IMG/VR virus record: IMGVR_UViG_3300031519_000153
Coordinates: 1 to 29,031 of that record
Strand: one strand, 5' to 3'
Length of the DNA: 29,031 bases
Origin: a virus
Taxonomy: Duplodnaviria > Caudoviricetes
Position 1 is the stretch's first letter; each line of letters opens with the position of its first letter. Below are positions 1 to 8,008 of the stretch, piece by piece. Position numbers and translations under genes: made by a program. A model generated the notes under the pieces. The model worked only from the letters and a program-made list of their open reading frames with translations. It ran no database searches and was not told the origin of the DNA.

Positions 1-3000
1 CGAAGTCGCCGTAGTAAGTGTTATCATCGTTATCGTAGAAGATATTAGCATACGCACCGTTTAGAACAGTGTGTGTGCCAGTAACACTAACATTACGAGA
101 CATGTTCCAGTCACCGTTAGCATCAGTCCAGTCACTATCAGTAACAAACCTTAGTCTGTCTGGATCAGTACCTTCTGCCATGCGAAGCATCTGGCGTCCA
201 CCAGAAACAAGTTGCATATCGTCAGCGCCAACAAATCTAATATACGTATCTGTATCACCAGAGTGACGAATGTATTCATCAACATAAAGTTGATTTAGAA
301 CAGAAGTTCCAGCAGGATCAGCGTAGTAACTTGTGTCACTAGAATCACGGAACCTTTGTGCATCCATGTATCTTGCAGCAACAACATCACCTGAAGTCGT
401 AATAGTAGCACGACTTACAGGGTCGTATCCACCCACTGCTAAGTTATCGGAAGTAAATTGTAGGTTACCCAAGGAATTGGTTGTTAGGTCATCAGGTGAT
501 TCAAAGATCGACCATTCATTGCCACCTCTCCAACGAATGCCTTCGCTAGGACCGGGATCATTAAACCAGAGTTTATTTACACCTATAAGATCGCCATTGT
601 TAAACTCCCATTCACCACCAAGGTTACCACCAGTGCGTGGGTTGAATGAGTAAGTTGAGTTTGAAGCATCGCGGAAATTAGTTGCATCAACGTTAGTACC
701 TGTGATGGTAGAACCTGTAATATCACCAGTAACGTCAAGATCGTTTCCAATTATCCCATCGTTAACGATGTACATATCTTGGGCTTTAATTTTTCCTTGG
801 ACGTCAGACCTTTTAAGGATTGGTGGCCCAAATTCACGAACTGCCCCGCCAGCATTATAGTTCATCAATACAATTACACGAACGTATTTTACACCAAGTC
901 CATCTGAACCATTGTATGGTGTGTGAGTTGTTGGAACTGTGTGGTAGCCTTTGTATTCTGTCCAAGAGGTAGAAGTTACATTAACAGCAGATGCTCCGAA
1001 ATAAGTAATTCCATCATTTGAAGCAATAGGATTTTTATCTTTGTCGTATCTTCTGACACCAATATAAAGCAAACCGCCAGAACCGCTTATAAGTCTTACT
1101 GCTTGCTCAACGTATATTTCTTCGCCCGGTTCAACAGGAATATAGTCAGAGTCGAAAGTTCTGTAAGCGGATGTTCTTAGTGCATAAGCAGAAGCAAAGG
1201 GACCATTGCCATTCTTTACAAATTCGGCTGTGACAGTTGTTGCTTCGTTTTCAGCACCCTGCATAGGTTGAATAACGCGCTTATCCCAATAGTCAGTAGC
1301 ATCGAACATTTTCATGTCGGCAAGACCAGAGCCATATGTTTTCAGTAGGCCAACATCTTCGTTACCACCGTTGAGCGCAAGGCTACCAAAGATACCAGCA
1401 CCAAACGCTTGGAAGTTGCCATTTTCTTCAAACCAGAAACGTTCGCCAACACTATTAAAAGAAATGCCCATAGCAGAACGAGAGTTTCTTGTGTTGTGGA
1501 AGATTGAGGGGAAGTTAGGATCAGCCGATGTGTTTTGGATCACAATCATACGTTCTTGTGTAGACTTAACCTCAAGAGGATATGTTGTGCTATTAAAGAT
1601 TGCACTATCACCAGCTTTAACAGATTTAAGTCTTGACTGCCCAGCAAGATCAGCATAGAATGATGTGTCATCATAATCAGAAAAGAATGGTGCTCTCATG
1701 GATGAGTTTGCATAAGCATACCCATTTTCAGCACTAAGTTGTGCGATACCATTTGAATAGAGAACTGTTGAGTTGTTACGTGTTGCGTACAATACCCATT
1801 CGTTGTCGGTGTCGTTGTACAGACCCATGTTGGTTGCGCCATCAGATATGAAGGCCCAGTCATTAGAAATGGCATAACCAGCATAGCCAGCCTTATCACC
1901 GTTGACCATGATGGAACCATAAGAACCAGTTGGGGAGTCGATAGTAATCGATCCACCGTCAACTTGGAACTGGTTTGCTCTCATGATGTTTGTTATGGAT
2001 GTTCCAGCAAAGTCACCATAATAAGCAACGTTGCCGCTATCAACAAACTGAGGCGCAAAGACATTAACTCCGAAATCAGCAGAGTTGTTGTCAATATTTA
2101 AACGCTCTACGTTGTTCGTGACTACCTTGAATGTATCAGCCGCTGAGAAGCCCATGTAAGTTGTGAGATCGCCATTGTGACGAATGTAATCATCAATATC
2201 AATTCTATTCATTACGGATGTGGCGGCAAAGTCACCATAGTAACCTGTGTCGTTTAGGTCAATAAACTGAGCAAAAGTTGCTGTAGATGTTGCACCTGTA
2301 GCCGTTACTGAACCAGCAACACCGATTGGTTTGTCAAACGAGTAACCAGCACGATCTGTTATGAATTGAGAAAGAGCAGCAGTTTGTGAACCAATTTCAA
2401 GCCAACCTGTAGGTGTTGTAAACCTGTGTGATCCTGATGTGTTTGGGTTCCAAGTATAAGCTGTGTTAACGCTATCAGCAAAGATAGGTGCATTCATTGA
2501 GTTTGTTGCAGTGACCGCCGTGGTAGTAACTGCTAGACGTTGTGCTCCACCTGTCACTACTTCAAAAGCATCTGCACCACTAAAGTTTAGATATGTGTTG
2601 GTGTCACCATTATGAATGATTTGCCCAACAAGTGATATATCGTTTATAACAGAAGTTCCAGCAGGATCGACTAGATATGTGGCATTGCCAGCATCAATAA
2701 AACGTGCGCCTGTGATGTCGCCACTTGTGCTAACAGCTTTGTTGCCGCGAACTTTAACAGTCGCAGTGTCATCCATGTAGAAACCACCGCCACTACCAAA
2801 GCCAAGTTCATCACCCTTTAGGAATGTAGCTGTGCCATTACCAACAACAAAAGCATCGTCCAAGCTAGTCAATGCAACAGAACCATTTACGTGTAGAGCA
2901 TTGTTAGTTGCAGTACCGACTACTGGCGTTGCATCCATAACTGCATATGTTACGGTTTGGTCGCCAATGATAACGTCTGATGTGGATGCGTCAACAGAAA

Positions 3001-5557
3001 GGAGGAAGTTGGCACTTGAGTCTGTCACACTCCAAATTTGATTGTTGTCGATAACCTGATACATATTACCAAAGCCATCGCCCCTGAGTGTCGAAGCAAC
3101 TACGCCATCAATGTTATACTGTACCAACACGTTGTTTACTGTGTATGGATTGTTACCCAAATCAATCTTGTTTAATGTGGTGAGTGGCAATCCACCATTA
3201 CCACCTGAGATTGATAAGTTAGGATTTGAAGTGGCTGCTACTGTACCATATGGAGATATAGTAATACCACCATTGCCAGTTATATCATTAGACCTAACCA
3301 AATCACCAACGTTGCCAATAGCAACTTGGCCTGCTACTGCCAAAGAGGTAGTTGTAGCATCAAGGTCTAGGAAAGATGTTGTGCCAGTCGGTGCATAATA
3401 GATAGGTGAGCGGAACGGAACACTAGAAGAAACTACTGTGTCACTAATATCTACTCTTGCAACTCCGCCTGTTTGCAAAGAAATTGCATCAGTGCCAAAT
3501 GAAAGCTTTGTGTTTGTATCGCCATTGTGGAATAGATCAGCATCAATACCGACATTTGGACCAATAATATCAACTGATGCAGTGACAGCAGTATCAGTCG
3601 CAGTTAATCTGGCAACTCCGCCTGTTTGTAAAGAAATTGTATCAGTGGCAAAAGCAAGCTTTGTGTCTGTATCGCCACGATGGAATAGATCAGCATTAAT
3701 GCCGATGTTAGTACCAAGAAATTCTCTTGTCGATTCTACGTTAGTGTTGTTTATTAATACAATCGGAAATCCTGCGGTTTGTAAAGAAATTGTATCTGTA
3801 CCAAAGGAAAGCTTTGTGTTTGTATCACCATTATGGAATAGATCAGCATCAATACCGACGCCCGGAGCAATCACATTTTGTGCAAATGTCGCAGTTGTGT
3901 TATTAAGTGTCGCACGAACCGTACCACCAGTCGAGAATGTTATTGTATCAGTGGCGAAGGAAAGCTTTGTGTTTGTATCGCCATTATGGAATAGATCGTC
4001 ATCAATGCCCAAATTGTTTAGGACAGAAGTTCCAGATGGAAGTGTAAAGTAACCTGCATTAGCAGAGTCTACAAACTTTGGACCAACAAAATTAACTGAT
4101 GCAGTGACAGCAGTATCAGTAGCTGTTAGACGTGCAACACCACCTGTTTCCAAAGCCACCGTATCTGTACCAAAGGAAAGCTTTGTGTTTGTATCGCCAT
4201 TATGGAATAGATCGCTATCAATTCCGATTGTGTTCATTACTGATGTGCCAGCGAAGTCGCCAAGATAAGCATTGTTGCCTGAGTCTACAAAACGTGGCGC
4301 TTTTATATCGTTAGACGATGTGGTCGCAGTGTCAGTAACAGTAACTCTCTCAACGCCATTTGTAAAGATGTTGAATTGATCGTTGCTTGCAAATCCAATA
4401 TAAGTATTTGCATCTCCATTGTGGATAATGTAATCATCAATACTAATCTGGTTTACAACAGAAGTTCCAGCAAAGTCGCCATAGTACGCATTGTTGTCAA
4501 AGTCTACAAATCTTTTTGCTTGGGTGTCGTTTTCTACAACCCATACGCCAGTAGCTGTCGAATATGTTCTGTACGCAAAAGCGCCATCCAAGAAACCAAT
4601 TACACCAGCAGTAGATGCGAGAACACGATTGTTTCCAGCACCATCCATTGTCAGCAAAGCAGAACCAGCATTATTACCGATTTTGACCGTACCTTCAAGT
4701 TCTAGGTTGCCAGTGGCAGTATCGTTTACATCAGAACGTAAGAATTGAGATGCTTGTATACCATCAACAGTATCAGCATCAAACCCATTACCAGAACCTT
4801 CATCAGCAGTCGTAATGATACGCCCCAAGTCTGTACCAGCAGAGACAAGCTTCCAATAATCAGAAGTTTCGTCCCACAACAAAGATGAGTTTACAAGTGT
4901 ACCACGTTCTACTTCAATGCCACCGTTTTCAGATGGTGCTGAGCCTGTGTAGTTACTGTTGATTACAATAATGTTATCAGCAAGTAGAATTTCTTCTGTG
5001 TTGATTGTAGTTGTTGTCCCAGAAACAGTAAGATCACCAGTGACAATTAGGTTGCCGTCAAAAGTATCATCTTGGTCAGAACGCAAGAATTGTAGAGAAT
5101 TAACTCCATCTAAGAGGTCAGCATCAAGACCAGAGCCAGCGCCGTCGTTTCCAGCATACCAAACTGGTACACCACCGACAGAAGGAACATTGGTAAAGTC
5201 TGCTACAGTAGTATTGATTTTAAGTTGGTCGTTGTTGCCAGCAATGAATACCAAACCATTCGCAGTATTATCATTGAATTTGATTTCGTTTGCGCCTGAT
5301 GTATTTAAAATACTGTAGTCGCCACTACCTGAATTTTTAACTTGTAGCGCACCTACACCACCTTCAAAATTCATTAAAGGAGTATTAATACCGCCCGTGT
5401 TCTCAATAGTAATTGGAACCGATGATCCTGAGCTTGTAAGCTTAGATGTACCTTCAACCTGAAGTTTATTTACTGCGTCATCGATTGATTTACCAATCAG
5501 AACGTTGTTCTCTGATTGAAGACCATTCTTTACTATGAATTTTTTATCGTTAGCCAC
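1..5557 (-). CDS. Very large tail fibre / receptor-binding protein, 3' end outside the window (>=1852 aa)
   Basis: Absent from the ORF track because it has no stop in the window. My manual translation from GTG (5557-5555) is open down to position 2: MANDKKFIVKNGLQSENNVLIG...GAYANIFYDNDDNTYYGDF. It is preceded by SD GGGGAG and a late promoter. It contains DG.GSGLDADLLDG / QFLRSD fibre motifs, GDLTVSGTTTTIN...GIEVERG...WDE, nine H(N/R/S)GD repeats and a jelly-roll-like insert. Confidence 0.9.
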   Translation of the reverse strand, partial: MANDKKFIVKNGLQSENNVLIGKSIDDAVNKLQVEGTSKLTSSGSSVPITIENTGGINTPLMNFEGGVGALQVKNSGSGDYSILNTSGANEIKFNDNTANGLVFIAGNNDQLKINTTVADFTNVPSVGGVPVWYAGNDGAGSGLDADLLDGVNSLQFLRSDQDDTFDGNLIVTGDLTVSGTTTTINTEEILLADNIIVINSNYTGSAPSENGGIEVERGTLVNSSLLWDETSDYWKLVSAGTDLGRIITTADEGSGNGFDADTVDGIQASQFLRSDVNDTATGNLELEGTVKIGNNAGSALLTMDGAGNNRVLASTAGVIGFLDGAFAYRTYSTATGVWVVENDTQAKRFVDFDNNAYYGDFAGTSVVNQISIDDYIIHNGDANTYIGFASNDQFNIFTNGVERVTVTDTATTSSNDIKAPRFVDSGNNAYLGDFAGTSVMNTIGIDSDLFHNGDTNTKLSFGTDTVALETGGVARLTATDTAVTASVNFVGPKFVDSANAGYFTLPSGTSVLNNLGIDDDLFHNGDTNTKLSFATDTITFSTGGTVRATLNNTTATFAQNVIAPGVGIDADLFHNGDTNTKLSFGTDTISLQTAGFPIVLINNTNVESTREFLGTNIGINADLFHRGDTDTKLAFATDTISLQTGGVARLTATDTAVTASVDIIGPNVGIDADLFHNGDTNTKLSFGTDAISLQTGGVARVDISDTVVSSSVPFRSPIYYAPTGTTSFLDLDATTTSLAVAGQVAIGNVGDLVRSNDITGNGGITISPYGTVAATSNPNLSISGGNGGLPLTTLNKIDLGNNPYTVNNVLVQYNIDGVVASTLRGDGFGNMYQVIDNNQIWSVTDSSANFLLSVDASTSDVIIGDQTVTYAVMDATPVVGTATNNALHVNGSVALTSLDDAFVVGNGTATFLKGDELGFGSGGGFYMDDTATVKVRGNKAVSTSGDITGARFIDAGNATYLVDPAGTSVINDISLVGQIIHNGDTNTYLNFSGADAFEVVTGGAQRLAVTTTAVTATNSMNAPIFADSVNTAYTWNPNTSGSHRFTTPTGWLEIGSQTAALSQFITDRAGYSFDKPIGVAGSVTATGATSTATFAQFIDLNDTGYYGDFAATSVMNRIDIDDYIRHNGDLTTYMGFSAADTFKVVTNNVERLNIDNNSADFGVNVFAPQFVDSGNVAYYGDFAGTSITNIMRANQFQVDGGSITIDSPTGSYGSIMVNGDKAGYAGYAISNDWAFISDGATNMGLYNDTDNEWVLYATRNNSTVLYSNGIAQLSAENGYAYANSSMRAPFFSDYDDTSFYADLAGQSRLKSVKAGDSAIFNSTTYPLEVKSTQERMIVIQNTSADPNFPSIFHNTRNSRSAMGISFNSVGERFWFEENGNFQAFGAGIFGSLALNGGNEDVGLLKTYGSGLADMKMFDATDYWDKRVIQPMQGAENEATTVTAEFVKNGNGPFASAYALRTSAYRTFDSDYIPVEPGEEIYVEQAVRLISGSGGLLYIGVRRYDKDKNPIASNDGITYFGASAVNVTSTSWTEYKGYHTVPTTHTPYNGSDGLGVKYVRVIVLMNYNAGGAVREFGPPILKRSDVQGKIKAQDMYIVNDGIIGNDLDVTGDITGSTITGTNVDATNFRDASNSTYSFNPRTGGNLGGEWEFNNGDLIGVNKLWFNDPGPSEGIRWRGGNEWSIFESPDDLTTNSLGNLQFTSDNLAVGGYDPVSRATITTSGDVVAARYMDAQRFRDSSDTSYYADPAGTSVLNQLYVDEYIRHSGDTDTYIRFVGADDMQLVSGGRQMLRMAEGTDPDRLRFVTDSDWTDANGDWNMSRNVSVTGTHTVLNGAYANIFYDNDDNTYYGDF
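805..1300 (-). other. Putative carbohydrate-binding-module-like (galactose-binding/CBM4-9-like jelly roll) domain inside the fibre
   Basis: The pattern DYIPVEPGEEIYVEQAVR...LYIGVRRYDKDKNPI...TSWTEYKGY...KYVRVIVLMNY resembles CBM-like inserts in phage fibres. Assigned by eye. Confidence 0.5.
3440..4230 (-). repeat. Five near-identical intragenic repeats (GID.DLFHNGDTNTKLSF.TDT)
   Basis: His codons lie at 4202, 3986, 3833, 3680 and 3527 (spacings 216, 153, 153, 153 bp). The DNA core GATCTATTCCAYAATGGYGATACAAACACAAAGCTT is nearly identical across copies. Diverged copies occur near 4420, 2610, 2175 and 262. Confidence 0.9.
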
Positions 5558-5589
5558 GGTTCACTCTCCCCAAGTTGGCATCTTTGTGT

Positions 5590-5597
5590 TATTTATA
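5590..5597 (-). promoter_or_regulatory. T4-type late promoter TATAAATA
   Basis: Perfect TATAAATA on the minus strand in the intergenic gap, 32 nt upstream of the GTG at 5557. Confidence 0.85.
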
Positions 5598-5602
5598 ATA
5601 AG

Positions 5603-7909
5603 TTATGAAGCAATAAGCGTACCTATAATTTTATATGTTGTTGAATTAGAACTTGCTGGTGATGCCAATAGTGATAGCAATGGCCCAGATATCTCAACGT
5701 CGTAGCCTGCCAACTCAAGACCAGTAGCAACTGTACCAAATTCTGTCCCAATGGCAGTTGATCCATCATGAGTAATCAGCAACTTGGTAAGATGCCTTGC
5801 AGAACCTACCGTTGCTTGGATTATAATTTCAGCACTACCAAAAGTACCGTGGGGGAACGAGTATAGTGCAGTTTGGCTAGTAGTCGCGGTTGTGAATGTT
5901 TTTGAAACAAAAGTAGAATGTTCTTGTTCGATATCGTTGTTGACAGTCAATTTTCCAGACATCGTATCGCCTGTAACATTTACAAATCTATTATCTGCTT
6001 CTGTTTCTGTGTAATAAAGATTGTTTAGTTGACCAGCATTTAATTCTGTTTCTGTGTAATATCTATTATCTAGTTGACCAGCATTTAATTCTGTTTCTGT
6101 GTAATAGAGAGTGTTTAGTTGGCCAGCATCTAGTTCTGTTTCGGTGTAATAAAGGTTATCTAGTTGACCAGCATTTAGCTCAGTCTCAGTGTAATAGCGA
6201 GTATCCAAGTCAATAGACGATGCCGATTGAGCATGACCGTAAGTATCAAATGTAATGCCATTCAAAACATTACCATTTACAAGTGCAACATCAGCAATGG
6301 AAGATGTGTCACTGTGGGTAATTGTTATCGAAGTGTTGCTAGAGTCATTTAAGTTGAAAGAACCAGAACCACTAAGACCAGTACCGCCCGTGATTGTTAC
6401 GAGACCGTTACCAACACTTGCGTTCGCCGCTGATTGGGCTTCGTCTAGAATATCTTGTTTGTGTGATCCATCAAGCAGATCAGCGTCAAGACCTGTGCCT
6501 GTACCATCAACTGGAAGTAGTGCAGCTAAGATTTCTGCCCCCGTCTGGTCTGCTGTGGCTAGGTCTTCTATCAAATCAAGTTTTGCACCATCAACTGAGA
6601 GGTTTCTTCCATCCACAGTTCCAGTAACAGTAATATTTCCTATAACACCTAAACTATCGTTGAAGTGGTTGTATTGGTTATGTGAAAAGGTACTATTATT
6701 ATGGTCATAGTTAAAGATATTCTTTGAATAAACTCCAGTCGAACTAACTTCGTTCAGGGAAAAGGAGCTTCCTGTAGTGTCAGCATTAGCGATTTGGCTT
6801 GTAAGGTGAACCCCATAGTTATTCGCTGTAGCACTATTAGATAGCCACAAAGTACCGCCGCTGTACTGTGCTGTTGAAGAACCATCTATATTAAGCGATC
6901 CATATGCATCAGTAATTTTAGCAGGACCAGTGACATCAAGACCACCCCCAAAAGCAGAGATATCCACAAAGAAAGATGTGCTACCACTGTCGAGTTGTAG
7001 TGTGTTATTTGCTGTGTTCCAAGAAAAGTCATCAACACCAGAAACAGAAGCAGTGGATGCTACTGTGATACGACCATCTTCATCAACAGTAATGACTGGA
7101 ATGGCTGTTGCAGAACCATACGATCCAGCAGTCACACCAGTGTTAGCCAACTCTGTTACAAGAGACATTACGCCAGTGTTCGAAGACGCAAACCCAGTTA
7201 CCTTGCCAGTAAGAGTTAGGTCAAGACCATCTTCTAGGAGGTCTAATTTCGCACCATCAGCAGCGACGTCTCTTCCATCCACTAGGCCTGTAACAAAGAT
7301 ATTACCTGTAACACCAAGTCCAGTGAATGATTCTATAAGAGTATCATACACGTTACCATCTGCTGTGCCAATAGTAAATGTATTGTTGGCTACGTTCCAT
7401 GTCGTGTTTGCTACGCCAGCAACAGAAACTGATCCAGCGGCTGTAAGTCTACCGTCTTCATCAACAGTGAATGTAGGTACAAGAGACGCAGAACCATACG
7501 ATCCAGCAGTAACGCCAGTGTTGGCTAGTTCTGTGGTAAGTGTCATAACGCCATTAGCAGAGGAGGCCGTGCCAGTTACCTTGCCTATTAGGCTCAAGTC
7601 TAGGGACGCTGCGGGTACGTTAGTGAAGTTGTCGTAGTCTAGGTAGTAAGCACCAGACTGGGCGTCTAGGAGGTCAGCGTCGAGGCCTGAGCCATCACCA
7701 TCAACCGTTTTGATTAGGTCTAGTATGGCGTTCGCATCAAGATCGGAAGAGATGTCAACAATAGATTCAGTGTTAGCCGCTATGTCAAATTTCTTAAAGT
7801 AAAGCTTACCATCATTTGTGTTGATAGCAATTTCACCCAAGTCCAACTGAGCAGTCGTAGGAATACGACCAGCTACAGCGCTACGGCGTAGTTTAATATT
7901 GGTTGACAT
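5603..7909 (-). CDS. Tail fibre-like structural protein (768 aa)
   Basis: The N-terminus MSTNIKLRRSAVAGRIPTTAQLDLGEIAINTNDGKLY is an Mtd-N-like fibre start. It also has two GLDADLLD motifs, a duplicated GVTAGSYGSA...TVDEDGR module, VDGR...DGAKLD motifs, YYTETE repeats and a C-terminal beta domain (SAEIIIQAT...LLITHDG...TEFG). Confidence 0.85.
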   Translation of the reverse strand: MSTNIKLRRSAVAGRIPTTAQLDLGEIAINTNDGKLYFKKFDIAANTESIVDISSDLDANAILDLIKTVDGDGSGLDADLLDAQSGAYYLDYDNFTNVPAASLDLSLIGKVTGTASSANGVMTLTTELANTGVTAGSYGSASLVPTFTVDEDGRLTAAGSVSVAGVANTTWNVANNTFTIGTADGNVYDTLIESFTGLGVTGNIFVTGLVDGRDVAADGAKLDLLEDGLDLTLTGKVTGFASSNTGVMSLVTELANTGVTAGSYGSATAIPVITVDEDGRITVASTASVSGVDDFSWNTANNTLQLDSGSTSFFVDISAFGGGLDVTGPAKITDAYGSLNIDGSSTAQYSGGTLWLSNSATANNYGVHLTSQIANADTTGSSFSLNEVSSTGVYSKNIFNYDHNNSTFSHNQYNHFNDSLGVIGNITVTGTVDGRNLSVDGAKLDLIEDLATADQTGAEILAALLPVDGTGTGLDADLLDGSHKQDILDEAQSAANASVGNGLVTITGGTGLSGSGSFNLNDSSNTSITITHSDTSSIADVALVNGNVLNGITFDTYGHAQSASSIDLDTRYYTETELNAGQLDNLYYTETELDAGQLNTLYYTETELNAGQLDNRYYTETELNAGQLNNLYYTETEADNRFVNVTGDTMSGKLTVNNDIEQEHSTFVSKTFTTATTSQTALYSFPHGTFGSAEIIIQATVGSARHLTKLLITHDGSTAIGTEFGTVATGLELAGYDVEISGPLLSLLASPASSNSTTYKIIGTLIAS
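5999..6208 (-). repeat. 45-bp (15-aa) tandem repeat YYTETEL(N/D)AGQL(D/N)xx, five YYTETE copies
   Basis: Plus-strand units like ttctgtttctgtgtaata begin at 5999, 6044, 6089, 6134 and 6179. Confidence 0.95.
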
Positions 7910-8000
7910 ATCTATGTCCCTTTGCTATAATAGGCATATGCCTTATATTAATAACTAACAATGTATAAAAGAGTATAAGAAAATATCCTATACATTGTTA
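7905..8000 (-). promoter_or_regulatory. Structured leader: three inverted repeats upstream of and over the start codon of the 768-aa gene
   Basis: Perfect 12-bp inverted repeat taacaatgtata (7956-7967) / tatacattgtta (7989-8000). Palindrome AGGCATATGCCT at 7932-7943. GACATA-GA-TATGTC (7905-7918) includes the ATG. Confidence 0.55.
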
Positions 8001-8008
8001 TATTTAGA
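8001..8008 (-). promoter_or_regulatory. Possible variant late promoter TCTAAATA overlapping the stop codon of the 1289-aa gene
   Basis: 7/8 match to TATAAATA at the head of the intergenic region. Confidence 0.4.

Noticed and set aside
3440-4230. Near-identical repeats as a diversity-generating retroelement TR/VR pair
   Set aside because: The differences are not adenine-specific, all copies are mid-gene coding sequence, and there is no reverse transcriptase in the window.
69-5318. Small plus-strand ORFs and the 88-aa minus-strand ORF at 1696-1962
   Set aside because: These are antisense or alternate-frame shadows of the continuous fibre ORF 5557 to <1.
5999-6208. Regular repeats as a CRISPR array
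   Set aside because: They are in-frame coding tandem repeats with synonymous variation, no unique spacers and no cas genes.
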